Notes: a model not told the origin generated them from the sequence alone. DNA of 63,962 bases, filler included, from an uncultured Myxococcia bacterium (GCA_964617105.1; 8 parts of 8 records of this genome joined end to end with filler, not necessarily neighbours in it), one strand, 5' to 3'. Numbered from the whole stretch's first letter, positions 23,417-34,406 are shown. Translations and numbers: made by a program.

Positions 23417-24382
23417 TCAACCTTTCATTTTAATCGTGTTTTTCGAGTCAACCAATAATGGCAACGCCTGGGGTATAACTTCAATTTTAGCCGGCAAAAA
23501 TCCTCTTGGATCACCATCAAACTCAACCTCTGGATTAATTGGATTGGCCTGAATTTCCATCACTTTTCCCTCTTTTACCTCAACGAAACCGCTTCGATAA
23601 AAATCTCCCCGGTAAAGATATCTGATATAAAAAAGTAATTTTATAAAGGATATATGGCAGATTGAATAGATAAACAATTTGCCGTTATCACAGTCGAACT
23701 GAGGGAGCAATTTGAGGCCCGAGGCCAAATAGGGATTTTTTCCTACCGTAAGGTTCACTACCTGTTTAAAAATGTGCGGTTTTCCATCAATGGTAATGTT
23801 AAAATCGTTTTTACGATACTTTAAAACCGAAATCAAGACCGATATTAAAGTTCCCAGAGTATCGCCCAGATATTTCCTCAATCCGGAATTTGAGCCCCTG
23901 GCAACAGCAGCACCAACTCCCAAATTTGCACTGCAACCAAAATATTCCACTTGCTGCTTTGATTGGCCCTCATTCAAACAATGAGTAATTTTAGCTATAT
24001 CCACTTTTCGGCTGTGCCCAATAATTACTGTGTCAACCGCCTTTTCAACCTGCAGAGGTATGTGGTGAAAACGACAGAAATCCGGACTCGTACCAGTATA
24101 TATTACCCCTAGTTGGGATTGGTCTCCTTTGCTTTTGGTTTCCATAAAACCGGTTATAACTTCATTGATAGTTCCGTCTCCACCAACCGCCACTACTTTG
24201 TCAAAACCTTGATTAATGGCTTTGGATGCCAAAATTTGTCCATCGAACTGTTTTTCGGTAAACTGGTAAGAAAAGGGGATGGAACTCTCCTCTAATCGGG
24301 AGAATATGGAGGGCCATAGTTTTTTACCCCGACCGCTTTTTGAAGAGGGATTCATAATTAAAAATATTTTTCCGGTTTCCAT
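23417..24382 (-). CDS. Diacylglycerol/sphingosine kinase family lipid kinase (YegS/BmrU-like)
   Basis: IMNPSSKSG, AVGGDGTINEV, GTSPDF, EFDGD. Start placed at the ATG at 24382. Confidence 0.88.
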   Translation of the reverse strand: METGKIFLIMNPSSKSGRGKKLWPSIFSRLEESSIPFSYQFTEKQFDGQILASKAINQGFDKVVAVGGDGTINEVITGFMETKSKGDQSQLGVIYTGTSPDFCRFHHIPLQVEKAVDTVIIGHSRKVDIAKITHCLNEGQSKQQVEYFGCSANLGVGAAVARGSNSGLRKYLGDTLGTLISVLISVLKYRKNDFNITIDGKPHIFKQVVNLTVGKNPYLASGLKLLPQFDCDNGKLFIYSICHISFIKLLFYIRYLYRGDFYRSGFVEVKEGKVMEIQANPINPEVEFDGDPRGFLPAKIEVIPQALPLLVDSKNTIKMKG

Positions 24383-24689
24383 AATAATATTTCCTATCAA
24401 TATGGTTTTTGCCAGGCCGTGGACGGTTATTATTATAAGACAACAATTGCCATTTGACAATTTGATAATTTTATGCGTTGAATATTTATATGACTTTAAA
24501 CATTACAAATAAATTTTCCGGCATTTTTTTTTCCAACTGGACACCACTGTTACTTATCCTTTTGTCCAGCCTGTTTTTATCCTGCAATANNNNNNNNNNN
24601 NNNNNNNNNNNNNNNNNNNNNNNNNNNNNNNNNTTAATTAATTAANNNNNNNNNNNNNNNNNNNNNNNNNNNNNNNNNNNNNNNNNNNN

Positions 24690-25227
24690 GGTATTAAAAA
24701 AATCGGCTACTTTACTTAAAGGTATAGATGATAATCTGCGGACCAATTTGCACCGCATCAGTAAAAAGGCTGAGTTTCTTTGCCATGATGCCCGAGCGAC
24801 CCCGGAGATCAACTCCAACAGCGTGCAATTGACCGTAACCTCGCCCCCTTTCCTGGACGTGGTGCAATACGCCCAGGACAATTGGCTGCGCTGCTGGTTT
24901 AACCACATTGACGCCTCCAAGGTGGCGTTAGGGATCAAGAGGATCCGCTCCCTGGAAAACTGGAATAAGGTGATGGGCCAGGTTTTTAGGGAAATTTTTA
25001 GAATAACCAGACCCAATGGTTTTTTGGCCTTTGAAGTGGGTGAGGTAAAGCAGGGACGAATCAAACTTGAAGAACAGGTGATCCCCCTGGGAATCCAAGC
25101 CGGCTTCCAATGCCAGGCAATATTAGTTAATCAACAGACATTTACCAAAACCGCCAATATCTGGGGAGTTAACAACAATCAGAAGGGAACCAACAGCAAC
25201 CGGATTGTGATCTTTAGTAAACCATAG
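24690..25227 (+). CDS. DNA methyltransferase (N4-C/N6-A family), 5' truncated
   Basis: VQLTVTSPPF catalytic motif and EIFRITRPNG; the frame is open to the contig start. Confidence 0.8.
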
Positions 25228-25238
25228 GAGATTTACCC

Positions 25239-26138
25239 ATGAATGGGAAAACCTTGGCCCCCTTTGCCAAGCAGTTGGGACTGGACTTTATCATCACCAG
25301 TGACGGCCAGGTGTTTTTAATCGAACTGCAACCCGGATTTGGCCGGCTGGGTATAATGACCCTGTTTCCGGAACTTTACCAGAAATACCGCCGTTATCTG
25401 CGTCAAAAATCATGCTCAGTCGAACCTGACCATATCTTTTTAAAAAAATATAAAAGATTTTGCCGCAACAAGATCCTCACCTACCGGCTATTAAAAGAGT
25501 TCCAGCCCAACTCCTATCTCTTTCGTAAATGGGAGAGTCCTGCCTTGAAACGCTGGCTCCATTCCCTGTCCGGTGATTTCATTTTGGCCAAACCGCCTTT
25601 AGGCGCCCGCGGCGAAGGGATCCGCCTGTTCAAAAGAGAACAGTTGCTCGCCCAGGTTGATCATATCAATACGCCGCCAACCCTAAAAAGTGTTGGCCTA
25701 ACCTCCACCCTGGAGGATGATCGGGTTTCTTCGGATAAAAAAACTGGCTCTATTAGCAAAATCAATTTGGGCAATGCGGTGCTGCTACAGGATTATGTTT
25801 TCTCCCGTCCCATTTTTCTGGAGAACCAAAGAGAAAAATTTATTGGCTGTATCCGCCACGTTATCCTGCTAATATGCGATGGACGGGCTTTGGATATCTA
25901 CCACCTGCCCTCTTATTGGCGGGTGTCTCCCCATCCCTTTAGTTCCGGTCTGAACCGGGAGTCTCTTACCGCCAATATCAGCCGCGGTGCTACTCCTTTA
26001 GAAGTTGATCCTGGCGAAGCAGATCTGGTGAAAACCAAAGTGGAGGAGATAATCCCTCAAATGGTTAGCCGAATTTTGTCTATGCCCCAACCACCGCCGA
26101 TTAAATCTTCTCAGTTTTTCTCCTCACTGGTAGACTGA
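25239..26138 (+). CDS. ATP-grasp family protein (YheC/D-like), apparently circularly permuted
   Basis: NKILTY, AKPPLGARGEGI, LLQDYV and TANISRGA motifs, with the normally C-terminal GLDF..VFLIE strand at the N-terminus. Confidence 0.7.
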   Translation: MNGKTLAPFAKQLGLDFIITSDGQVFLIELQPGFGRLGIMTLFPELYQKYRRYLRQKSCSVEPDHIFLKKYKRFCRNKILTYRLLKEFQPNSYLFRKWESPALKRWLHSLSGDFILAKPPLGARGEGIRLFKREQLLAQVDHINTPPTLKSVGLTSTLEDDRVSSDKKTGSISKINLGNAVLLQDYVFSRPIFLENQREKFIGCIRHVILLICDGRALDIYHLPSYWRVSPHPFSSGLNRESLTANISRGATPLEVDPGEADLVKTKVEEIIPQMVSRILSMPQPPPIKSSQFFSSLVD

Positions 26139-26297
26139 TACCAGTATTTTGAAAGCCTTCAACTATCCTTTTTTCCTTGACTTATATAGCCAGAGGCGGT
26201 AAAAATAAAATCCCTTATGATAAATAACTTTAACGTATATTTTTATTTTTTTATTTTTCTTATTTTTTTTTAAACAGTTACTAAAAGGAGAACAAAC

Positions 26298-27227
26298 ATG
26301 GCTAAGAAAAAAATAGCACTTATCGGCGGTGGTCAAATTGGTGGAATCATGGCTCTTATGTGTGCTCAAAAAGAGATGGGTGATGTAGTAATGTACGATA
26401 TTCTCGACGGTATGCCCCAGGGCAAATGCCTGGATATCGCCGAAGGCCGTCCAATCAATGGCTTTGATGTCAACCTTAAAGGCACCAATGACTGGGCCGA
26501 TCTGGAAGGTTCTGATGTGGTAATGATTACTGCCGGTGTTCCCCGGAAACCGGGTATGACCAGAGACGACCTGCTGAATGTCAATCTGGACATCGTCAAA
26601 ACCGTTGCCCCCAACGTAAAAAAATATTGCCCCAATGCCTTTGTTATCATCCTCTCCAACCCGTTGGACGTGATGGTTTACTCTTTTCACAAACTCACCA
26701 ACTGGCCCAAAAACATGATCTGCGGTATGGCCGGTGTTCTCGATTCAACCCGGTTCCGCTCCTTTGTGGCCATGGAAACCGGCTTTAGCGTAAAAGATGT
26801 TTCCGCGCTGGTGCTTGGCGGCCACGGGCCCACCATGGTACCGCTGGTTCGTTATGCCAACATCAACGGCCTGCCCATTGAACTGTTCCTCTCCCAGGAG
26901 CAAATCTCCGCTATCGTAAAACGGACCCAGGAAGCAGGCACCGAAATTGTCAAACTGCTTAAAACCGGAAGCGCTTTCTTCTCCCCCGCTGAATCAGCAG
27001 TGCAGATGGCAAATGCCTATCTCAAAGATCACAAAAGGCTTTTGGCCTGCGCCGCCCTCTGCGAAGGGGAATACGGTGTCAAAGGCCAGTTTGTCGGCGT
27101 GCCGGTTATCATGGGCGCTGGTGGCATAGAAAAGATCATCGAACTGGAACTCAACGCTGATGAAAAAGCGATGATGGATAAATCGATTGATCATGTCATC
27201 AAAGTTACTGAGCAGGTTACTCTGTAG
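26298..27227 (+). CDS. mdh: Malate dehydrogenase (LDH-like)
   Basis: [41 protein letters not shown]. Confidence 0.97.
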   Translation: MAKKKIALIGGGQIGGIMALMCAQKEMGDVVMYDILDGMPQGKCLDIAEGRPINGFDVNLKGTNDWADLEGSDVVMITAGVPRKPGMTRDDLLNVNLDIVKTVAPNVKKYCPNAFVIILSNPLDVMVYSFHKLTNWPKNMICGMAGVLDSTRFRSFVAMETGFSVKDVSALVLGGHGPTMVPLVRYANINGLPIELFLSQEQISAIVKRTQEAGTEIVKLLKTGSAFFSPAESAVQMANAYLKDHKRLLACAALCEGEYGVKGQFVGVPVIMGAGGIEKIIELELNADEKAMMDKSIDHVIKVTEQVTL

Positions 27228-27328
27228 CCATTTTTAGTCTGGCATATCATTGCCCGACAATAGCATTCTCGCGAACAACAACATTGAGCGAGATTATGAA
27301 AAAAACAGAAAACGGATAAATTATTCAT

Positions 27329-27360
27329 AAGGGGTGTTCCTTTAAGGGACACCCCTTTTC
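27329..27360 (+). terminator. Rho-independent terminator after mdh
   Basis: GGGGTGTTCC..GGGACACCCC stem followed by a T-run. Confidence 0.7.
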
Positions 27361-27419
27361 TTTATATCAGCGCCAATAATTGAATAGGCACTAATGAGTA
27401 TCAATATTAAGGAGTAAAG

Positions 27420-28580
27420 ATGAAAATTCACGAGTATCAGGCCAAAGAAATTTTCAGACAATACGGAGTGACAGTGCCTGAGGGGAAAGTGGCCTACACC
27501 CCCCAGGAGGCTGAAAATATTGCCAAAGAACTGGGTGGCGGCACAGTGGTAGTCAAAGCCCAGATTCACGCCGGTGGCAGGGGTAAAGGTGGTGGTGTCA
27601 AAATTGCCAAGAATCCAGCAGATGCCAAAAAACTGGCCCAAGATATTTTGGGCATGAATCTGAAAACTCACCAAACCGGTCCTGAGGGACAAGAGGTAAA
27701 GAAGATCCTGGTCGAACAGGGGTTGGATATTGCCAAAGAGTTCTATCTGGGTATAGTTCTGGATCGGGAGACCTCCAAAGTAAACTTTATCGCCAGTTCC
27801 GAAGGTGGTATGGAGATCGAAGTGGTGGCAGCCAAATCACCGGAAAAGATTGTCCGGCAGTCGGTCGATCCCACCACCGGTTTTTTACCCTTTCAGGGAC
27901 GCAAACTGGCTTACGCCCTTGGGTTGGAAGGCAAAGCAATAAAACAGGCGGTAAAGTTTATGCATGCCCTTTATAAAGTCTATGTAGAAAACGATGCCAC
28001 CCTGCTGGAAATCAACCCCCTAATCCTTACTAAAGGTGGGGATATCATGGCTTTGGACGCCAAAATGAACTTCGATGACAACGCTCTGTTCAGACATTCA
28101 AATATCTCTGAATTGAGAGATTTGGACGAAGAGGATCCCAAAGAGATCGAGGCATCCAAATTCAACCTCAGTTATATCAGCCTGGACGGCAATATCGGCT
28201 GCATGGTCAACGGCGCCGGGCTAGCCATGGCTACCATGGATATTATCAAACTCTCCGGCGCCGAGCCGGCTAATTTCCTGGATGTAGGTGGTGGAGCCAA
28301 CACCGAACAGGTTACAGCAGCCTTTAAAATCCTTCTCGCAGATCCCAATGTCAAAGGGGTGCTGGTCAACATTTTTGGCGGTATCCTCAAATGCGATGTT
28401 ATTGCTGAAGGTATTGTCACTGCTGCCAAAGAGGTGAAGTTGAACGTGCCGCTCGTGGTAAGGCTGGAGGGAACCAACTTTGAGCGGGGTCGTCAGATAT
28501 TGAAAGATTCAGGACTGGCTATCACCCCGGCAGATGGTATGAAAGATGCTGCCAAAAAAGTTACCCAAATCGTAAATTAA
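27420..28580 (+). CDS. sucC: Succinyl-CoA synthetase beta subunit
   Basis: [41 protein letters not shown]. Confidence 0.98.
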   Translation: MKIHEYQAKEIFRQYGVTVPEGKVAYTPQEAENIAKELGGGTVVVKAQIHAGGRGKGGGVKIAKNPADAKKLAQDILGMNLKTHQTGPEGQEVKKILVEQGLDIAKEFYLGIVLDRETSKVNFIASSEGGMEIEVVAAKSPEKIVRQSVDPTTGFLPFQGRKLAYALGLEGKAIKQAVKFMHALYKVYVENDATLLEINPLILTKGGDIMALDAKMNFDDNALFRHSNISELRDLDEEDPKEIEASKFNLSYISLDGNIGCMVNGAGLAMATMDIIKLSGAEPANFLDVGGGANTEQVTAAFKILLADPNVKGVLVNIFGGILKCDVIAEGIVTAAKEVKLNVPLVVRLEGTNFERGRQILKDSGLAITPADGMKDAAKKVTQIVN

Positions 28581-28611
28581 CCAGAAAAAATTAGATCCGA
28601 GGAGGTTTAAG

Positions 28612-29484
28612 TTGAGTATTTTAGTAAATAAAGAAACAAAAGCGGTGATCCAGGGGATTACTGGCGGTGCCGGCAGTTTTCACTCCAGCGCCATGCTCGA
28701 ATACGGCACTCAAATAGTGGCAGGCGTTACTCCCGGCAAAGGGGGACAAAAATTTGAAGATAAAGTGCCTATTTTTAACTCTGTTTACCAGTCCGTCCAG
28801 GAGACCGGCGCCAATGCATCGGTTATTTTCGTGCCGCCACCCTTTGCAGCTGATGCCATTATGGAAGCAGTGGATGCCGGGATAAAACTGGTGATCTGTA
28901 TCACCGAAGGGCTCCCAATCTTGGATATGGTCAAGATAAAACCAGTATTGAATGTATCTGGCGTAAATTTGATTGGTCCCAATTGCCCCGGAGTTATCAC
29001 TCCCAATGAATGCAAACTGGGAATAATGCCTGGTCACATACACCAAAAGGGCCCAGTAGGGGTCATTTCCCGTAGTGGCACTTTGACTTACGAAGCAGTG
29101 GGACAACTCTCAAAACGTAACTTGGGTCAGTCCACCTGTATTGGTATGGGTGGAGACCCGGTGCATGGCCTGGGTTTTATCGAGTGCCTGAAGATGTTCC
29201 AGGATGATAAAGAAACCGAAGCTATTGTGATGATAGGTGAAATCGGCGGTTCGGACGAAGAGAACGCTGCTGAATTTATTAAAACCAATGTTACCAAGCC
29301 GGTGGTTTCTTTTATTGCTGGCCAAACCGCTCCCAAAGGTAAAAGGATGGGACATGCCGGCGCTATTATCGCTGGAGGAAAAGGGACTGCGGCCGAAAAA
29401 GTCAAAGCCCTGAGAAACGCCGGAGTTACGGTGGTGGACTCTCCTGCAGATATCGGCGAAGCCATGGCTTCTCATTTAAAATAG
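28612..29484 (+). CDS. sucD: Succinyl-CoA synthetase alpha subunit
   Basis: [29 protein letters not shown]. Confidence 0.98.
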   Translation: MSILVNKETKAVIQGITGGAGSFHSSAMLEYGTQIVAGVTPGKGGQKFEDKVPIFNSVYQSVQETGANASVIFVPPPFAADAIMEAVDAGIKLVICITEGLPILDMVKIKPVLNVSGVNLIGPNCPGVITPNECKLGIMPGHIHQKGPVGVISRSGTLTYEAVGQLSKRNLGQSTCIGMGGDPVHGLGFIECLKMFQDDKETEAIVMIGEIGGSDEENAAEFIKTNVTKPVVSFIAGQTAPKGKRMGHAGAIIAGGKGTAAEKVKALRNAGVTVVDSPADIGEAMASHLK

Positions 29485-29499
29485 GTTAGAGGAGACAAA

Positions 29500-29790
29500 A
29501 TGGAAACCAAACGAAATATCGAAAAAATTTTCAAGCCGATTCCAGATATAGTCAAAGTTTACCAGGATGACTATACTACTATAAGCATAAGTCAAAAACG
29601 GTGCAAGGTTTGTGAGATTTGCAGTTTCTACTGCCCTGACAAAATCTTGGAGATGACTCTGGATACAGCTATTATTACCGACATCCAAAAATGCAACCAG
29701 TGCCAAATGTGTGAGTTGAGGTGTCCAGATTTCGCCATTTCGGTGGAGGTTAAGGAACGCCGGAAAAAAGCAAAGAAGAAAACTGGTTAA
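29500..29790 (+). CDS. korD: 2-oxoglutarate:ferredoxin oxidoreductase delta subunit (2x4Fe-4S)
   Basis: CKVCEICSFYCP and CNQCQMCELRCPDFAI; directly upstream of korA. Confidence 0.85.
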   Translation: METKRNIEKIFKPIPDIVKVYQDDYTTISISQKRCKVCEICSFYCPDKILEMTLDTAIITDIQKCNQCQMCELRCPDFAISVEVKERRKKAKKKTG

Positions 29791-29893
29791 CGGTAAGAAA
29801 CAGAAACAACAACAATTTTCCCGGATTGATAAATTTTCAATTTGTCAGACCAAATCTGGCTCCGGGAAATTACCTTTAAGAAAGGAGATTACT

Positions 29894-31030
29894 TTGAACT
29901 CAAAAAAAACGGAATTCATACAAGGTAATCATGCCCTGGCTCAGGGGGCCCTATACGCCGGCTGCCGATTTTTTGCCGGCTATCCAATCACCCCCTCTTC
30001 AGAGATTGCCGAATTTTTAGCCCAACAAATGCCTCTTAATGGCGGGACTTTTATTCAGATGGAAGATGAAATTGCAGCCATGGCGGCAATATTAGGCGGA
30101 TCTTTGACGGGCGCAAAAGCCTTGACTGCCACCAGTGGACCTGGTTTTTCCCTCAAGCAGGAAAACCTTGGTTACGGCTATCTGTGCGAGATCCCCTGCG
30201 TAGTGGTGAACATCATGCGCGGCGGCCCCAGCACCGGGCTTCCCACTGCACCATCCCAGTCCGATATCATGGCGGCCCGTTGGGGAACCCACGGCGACCA
30301 TCCCTGTATCGCTCTGGCGCCAGCCTCTATTAAGGAGATGTTTTTCGAAACAGTGAGAGCCTTCAACCTGGCGGAACAGTTCCGGATGCCCATTATCATC
30401 CTCAGCGATGAGATCATTGGCCACATGCGCGAGCGGCTGGTTTTCCCGGAGGAAGGGGAATTGGAAATTGTGGAACGGAAGAAACCAACTGTTCCTCCTG
30501 AAGATTACAACCCCTACGACACTCAGTTTGGTGATATACCACCGCTGGCCAGTTTTGGAAGTGGATATCGTTTCCATATTACCGGCCTTAATCATGATTA
30601 TACCGGCTTCCCAACCAACGAACCAAAATTGGTATCTGATGATGAAATACGACTGATGAGAAAAGTCGATGGTAACCTCAAAGATATTGAAAAGTGGGAA
30701 TCCTACAAACTGGATGACGCAGATATGGCTATTGTGGCCATTGGCTCCACTGCCCGCTGTGCCAGGATGGTGATCAACCAATTGCGCGAACAGGGGTTGA
30801 AGATTGGGCTGTTTAGGCCGATTACGCTCTGGCCTTTCCCGGAAAAACAGATCAAAGAATTGGCCGGACAGGTAAAATTCATAATGGTGCCTGAGATGAA
30901 CCTGGGACAGATGATCCTGGAAGTTGAGAGAGTTATCGCCGGAAAATGCGATCTTCACGGACTACACTCAGTCTCCGGAGAACCGATCCATCCCAACATG
31001 ATGCTTGAGAAGATCAAGGAGGTGCTTTAA
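29894..31030 (+). CDS. korA: 2-oxoglutarate:ferredoxin oxidoreductase alpha subunit
   Basis: GYPITPSSE, QMEDE, TSGPGFSLKQE, RGGPSTGLPT. Confidence 0.92.
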   Translation: MNSKKTEFIQGNHALAQGALYAGCRFFAGYPITPSSEIAEFLAQQMPLNGGTFIQMEDEIAAMAAILGGSLTGAKALTATSGPGFSLKQENLGYGYLCEIPCVVVNIMRGGPSTGLPTAPSQSDIMAARWGTHGDHPCIALAPASIKEMFFETVRAFNLAEQFRMPIIILSDEIIGHMRERLVFPEEGELEIVERKKPTVPPEDYNPYDTQFGDIPPLASFGSGYRFHITGLNHDYTGFPTNEPKLVSDDEIRLMRKVDGNLKDIEKWESYKLDDADMAIVAIGSTARCARMVINQLREQGLKIGLFRPITLWPFPEKQIKELAGQVKFIMVPEMNLGQMILEVERVIAGKCDLHGLHSVSGEPIHPNMMLEKIKEVL

Positions 31031-31848
31031 TGGCTTTTGATTACGAAAAGTATATTAGAACTAATAAAATGCCCCATATCTGGTGCGCCGGCTGCGGCCA
31101 CGGAATAATAATGAAAGGTTTAATCCGGGCTATGGACAAAGCCCAGATGGATCTTAAAAACACGGTTATTGTTTCTGGTATCGGTTGCGCATCCCGTTTA
31201 CCCGGGTATATAGATTGCTGCACTTTGCACACCACCCACGGTCGCGCCCTCCCCTTTGCCACTGGCGTTAAGATGGCCAACATGGACCTTAACGTAATTG
31301 TGGTCAGTGGCGACGGCGATTCCACCGCTATCGGCGGCAACCACTTCATTCACTCATGCCGCCGCAATATTAACATTACCATGGTGGTATTCAATAATTT
31401 CAACTACGGTATGACCGGCGGACAGTATTCCCCGACCACACCTACCAATACCTTTGCCAGCACTACTCCCCACGGTAATATCGATCTTCCCTTTGATATC
31501 ACCAATTTGGCCAGGGGTGCAGGTGCATCATACGTGGCCAGAACCACGGTATACCATGTTTCCCAAATGGATAAATTTATTTACCAGGGATTTCAAAACA
31601 AGGGATTTTCTGTAATAGAAATCGTGGAGAACTGCTACACCAACTATGGCCGTAGAAACAAAAAAATTTACAAAGATAACAACCAGATGATCGAATTGAT
31701 CCGGAAAGCCGCTGTTAATGTAAAAGCCGCCCAGAAAATGTCTGCCGAAGAGTTGGAAGGGAGATTTACCATTGGTGTGCTGCACCACCAGGAACGGCAA
31801 GAATATACCCAGGCTTACCGTGATTTGGCGGCTAGATTGACTAAATAA
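31030..31848 (+). CDS. korB: 2-oxoglutarate:ferredoxin oxidoreductase beta subunit
   Basis: WCAGCG, SGIGC, HGRA, GDGD..IGGNH, YGMTGGQYSPT. Confidence 0.92.
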   Translation: MAFDYEKYIRTNKMPHIWCAGCGHGIIMKGLIRAMDKAQMDLKNTVIVSGIGCASRLPGYIDCCTLHTTHGRALPFATGVKMANMDLNVIVVSGDGDSTAIGGNHFIHSCRRNINITMVVFNNFNYGMTGGQYSPTTPTNTFASTTPHGNIDLPFDITNLARGAGASYVARTTVYHVSQMDKFIYQGFQNKGFSVIEIVENCYTNYGRRNKKIYKDNNQMIELIRKAAVNVKAAQKMSAEELEGRFTIGVLHHQERQEYTQAYRDLAARLTK

Positions 31849-31898
31849 GCCAAAAGATAACCAACTCTCTGCGGTTCAACAAATTAAGATAGGAGTAA

Positions 31899-32453
31899 TT
31901 GAGAATGAGCGATAGGCATGAGATCAGATTAAGCGGTTCTGGTGGACAGGGGCTAATCCTGGCTGGGGTGATCCTAGCGGAGGCCGCCACCATCTACGAA
32001 GACAAAAATGCTGTCCAGAGCCAATCCTACGGTCCCGAAGCCCGGGGCGGTGCCAGTAAATCAGAGGTAATCATATCTGAGGATGATATCGATTATCCCA
32101 AGGCTACCAGCATAGATATTCTGCTGTCCCTTACCCAGGAAGCCGCAAATAAGTACTACCATGATGTGAAACCAACCGGTTTGGTAATCCTTGATGATGA
32201 CATGGTGAAAACCGCCCCAAAAGGAGAGTTTAAATGCACCTCTTTTCCCATTATCAAGACTGCCAAAGAAACTACCGGTCGGGCAATGGTGGCTAATATT
32301 ATTGCCCTTGGTATTATCGTAGCCATCAAAGATGTAGTCAGCCGGGAATCCATTGAAAAAGCTGTGCTCTCCCGGGTCCCAAAAGGAACCGAAGAATTGA
32401 ATAAAAAAGCACTTCACGAAGGCTTTCGCCTTGGTGACGGCTACAAAAGTTAG
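31899..32453 (+). CDS. korC: 2-oxoglutarate:ferredoxin oxidoreductase gamma subunit
   Basis: [18 protein letters not shown]. Confidence 0.92.
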   Translation: MRMSDRHEIRLSGSGGQGLILAGVILAEAATIYEDKNAVQSQSYGPEARGGASKSEVIISEDDIDYPKATSIDILLSLTQEAANKYYHDVKPTGLVILDDDMVKTAPKGEFKCTSFPIIKTAKETTGRAMVANIIALGIIVAIKDVVSRESIEKAVLSRVPKGTEELNKKALHEGFRLGDGYKS

Positions 32454-32461
32454 GTGATAAT

Positions 32462-32757
32462 ATGGAACGTACTTTATCAATAGTTAAACCTGATGGGGTT
32501 GCTAAAAACCTAATCGGTGAAGTAATATCCAGGTTTGAGGGCAATAATCTCAAAGTTGTCGCCCTTAAAATGTGCCGCCTTAATCGGCCCCAGGCAGAAG
32601 GATTTTATGCGGTACATAAAGAGAAGCCTTTTTTCGGCAGCCTGGTGGAATTTATGACTTCCGGACCTGTGGTAATAATGGTGTTGGAGGGGGAGAATGC
32701 AATTACTCGGAACAGAAAACTAATGGGCGCCACCGATCCGGCCAAGGCGGATGAGGG
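32462..32757 (+). CDS. ndk: Nucleoside diphosphate kinase, 3' truncated
   Basis: [26 protein letters not shown]. Confidence 0.97.
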
Positions 32758-32857
32758 NNNNNNNNNNNNNNNNNNNNNNNNNNNNNNNNNNNNNNNNNNN
32801 NTTAATTAATTAANNNNNNNNNNNNNNNNNNNNNNNNNNNNNNNNNNNNNNNNNNNN

Positions 32858-33688
32858 AAAAAGAAAAATTAATGTCAATAGATAGGGGTTACCGTAGTTA
32901 TCATACAATGATTCGAAATACTTGAAATCATCAATGCCAATGCCAAAGAATTTAAAAAAGACAGCCTTGGCATTTAAAAGGGCATGACAAAAAATAGGTA
33001 TCAGTAAAGATTTGGTTATTAAGTACAAAATTGATAACGCAATAGAAAAAGCAAATAGGGTTAAAAAAAAATGCTCTTGAAAATGTGTGACCGAAAATAC
33101 TAATGAAGAAATAATTATTGTTTTTTTTATTCCGTATTTTATTCCGTATTTGTGTAAAATAATTCCTCGCCAAAATATTTCTTCAAGAATCGGCCCAATT
33201 ATAACTCCAAGAATGATGCTCCAAAGGCATAAAAGCCAATTGTGTTCCACTGTTGATATGATAGAATTTACTTTTTCAAAATCTAGCGAGAACCCCAAAT
33301 AATAAGATAAATGTGGTATAATTTTTTTTTCAAAGAGATCGGCGATATAATAAAATGGCAGGTAATTAATAAAAAAAATAAAACCTACTAAGTACCAATG
33401 ATAAGAAATTTTATATTTTATAAGAGACGAAAACCTAATTTTATTTTTTTCAAATTGGTTGAATATCCAGATAACTGTAATTATATCAATGGGGATAATG
33501 AGCAGTGGAAATAAAAGATTAAATCCAACCTTAATATCATTGAAAAAATAGTTGCCAAGTAACCTGGAAAGAGAAATAGTAAATAACCATACTGGTAAAA
33601 TAAGAAGTGGAATGCCTATTAAGAAATACTTCAGCAAACTTAATAGTTTTATGTCTTCAAATTTATTGGCAATTTGTTGATTTTCCAT
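32858..33688 (-). CDS. CPBP (Abi/CAAX) intramembrane glutamic endopeptidase, 3' truncated
   Basis: Multi-TM protein with EEIFWRG, FSVTH and HALLN motifs; very AT-rich. Confidence 0.88.
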
Positions 33689-33719
33689 TTTATCGCAAAA
33701 AGTATTGGATGTTGTTAAA

Positions 33720-34172
33720 TTACTGGCAACTTGCTAATAGATTATTTAAACTGTGCAATGCATCTTTGGCACTGCTCATTGTTGCATCATTAATACAATT
33801 TTGTTCTGCCCCATTGCTTGTGCTATTACTTGAGTTATTATTCTCATAACAGAAATCCATCCAACCCTTTTTTATTATACGATCTTTTCCCGGAATTCCA
33901 CCACCAGGTCCATTTCCATCGAATTTGTTGAGGTCAAATGGTATCGGGTTAGTAATATTGGCACCATTTGCTCTACAAATAGATTTCTTTAACTCGTTTT
34001 CTGAAAGTATATACACGATTGTTGGCTTTTGACAGCCTATTCCGTCATTCAGACATTTCGGGCTGGTGGAGTTATTGCTACCTTTGGGATTATTTTGAGG
34101 AGATGGATTGATTCTCTCCTCTTTTTTCCGTTTATATGCCCTAAGTGAATTTTGCACCACTCTGTGCGACAA
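33720..34172 (-). CDS. Hypothetical Cys-containing protein, possibly the C-terminal remnant of a larger gene
   Basis: 150-aa ORF with a TTG start 16 bp from an IS21 end; co-oriented with the CPBP gene. Confidence 0.4.
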   Translation of the reverse strand: MSHRVVQNSLRAYKRKKEERINPSPQNNPKGSNNSTSPKCLNDGIGCQKPTIVYILSENELKKSICRANGANITNPIPFDLNKFDGNGPGGGIPGKDRIIKKGWMDFCYENNNSSNSTSNGAEQNCINDATMSSAKDALHSLNNLLASCQ

Positions 34173-34187
34173 TTAAGAATGCACAAA

Positions 34188-34390
34188 TGTAAATAATTAA
34201 ATTATCCATCAGTAATAGACAAATTGGTCTAGTTCAAATAAAAGTATCCTCAAAATAGGAGGATACAAAATTGAGCATAATAACTGATTCACAAGTGAGG
34301 AAACTGATGGAAGAAAAGAACAAAAACAAGACAATAACCTATGCAGCCATGAAGTCAGGGATGAATAGGAGAACAGCGGCAAAAAAAATA
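34188..34390 (+). mobile_element. IS21-family left-end fragment with the first ~38 codons of istA
   Basis: TGT-starting end at 34188; AGGAGG RBS; TTG at 34271 gives MSIITDSQVRKLMEE..YAAMKSGMNRRTAAKK, matching the IstA N-terminal HTH pattern. Confidence 0.65.
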
Positions 34391-34406
34391 TCTCCATGCC
34401 GAGAAT

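Noticed and set aside
26163-31800. Long antisense ORFs over mdh, sucCD and korAB (for example 30092-30958)
   Set aside because: Shadow ORFs opposite highly conserved genes, with no recognisable motifs.
26298-32757. mdh-sucCD-korDABC as evidence of a reductive TCA cycle
   Set aside because: This is a common central-metabolism cluster; no citrate-cleaving enzyme is on the contig, so direction cannot be inferred.
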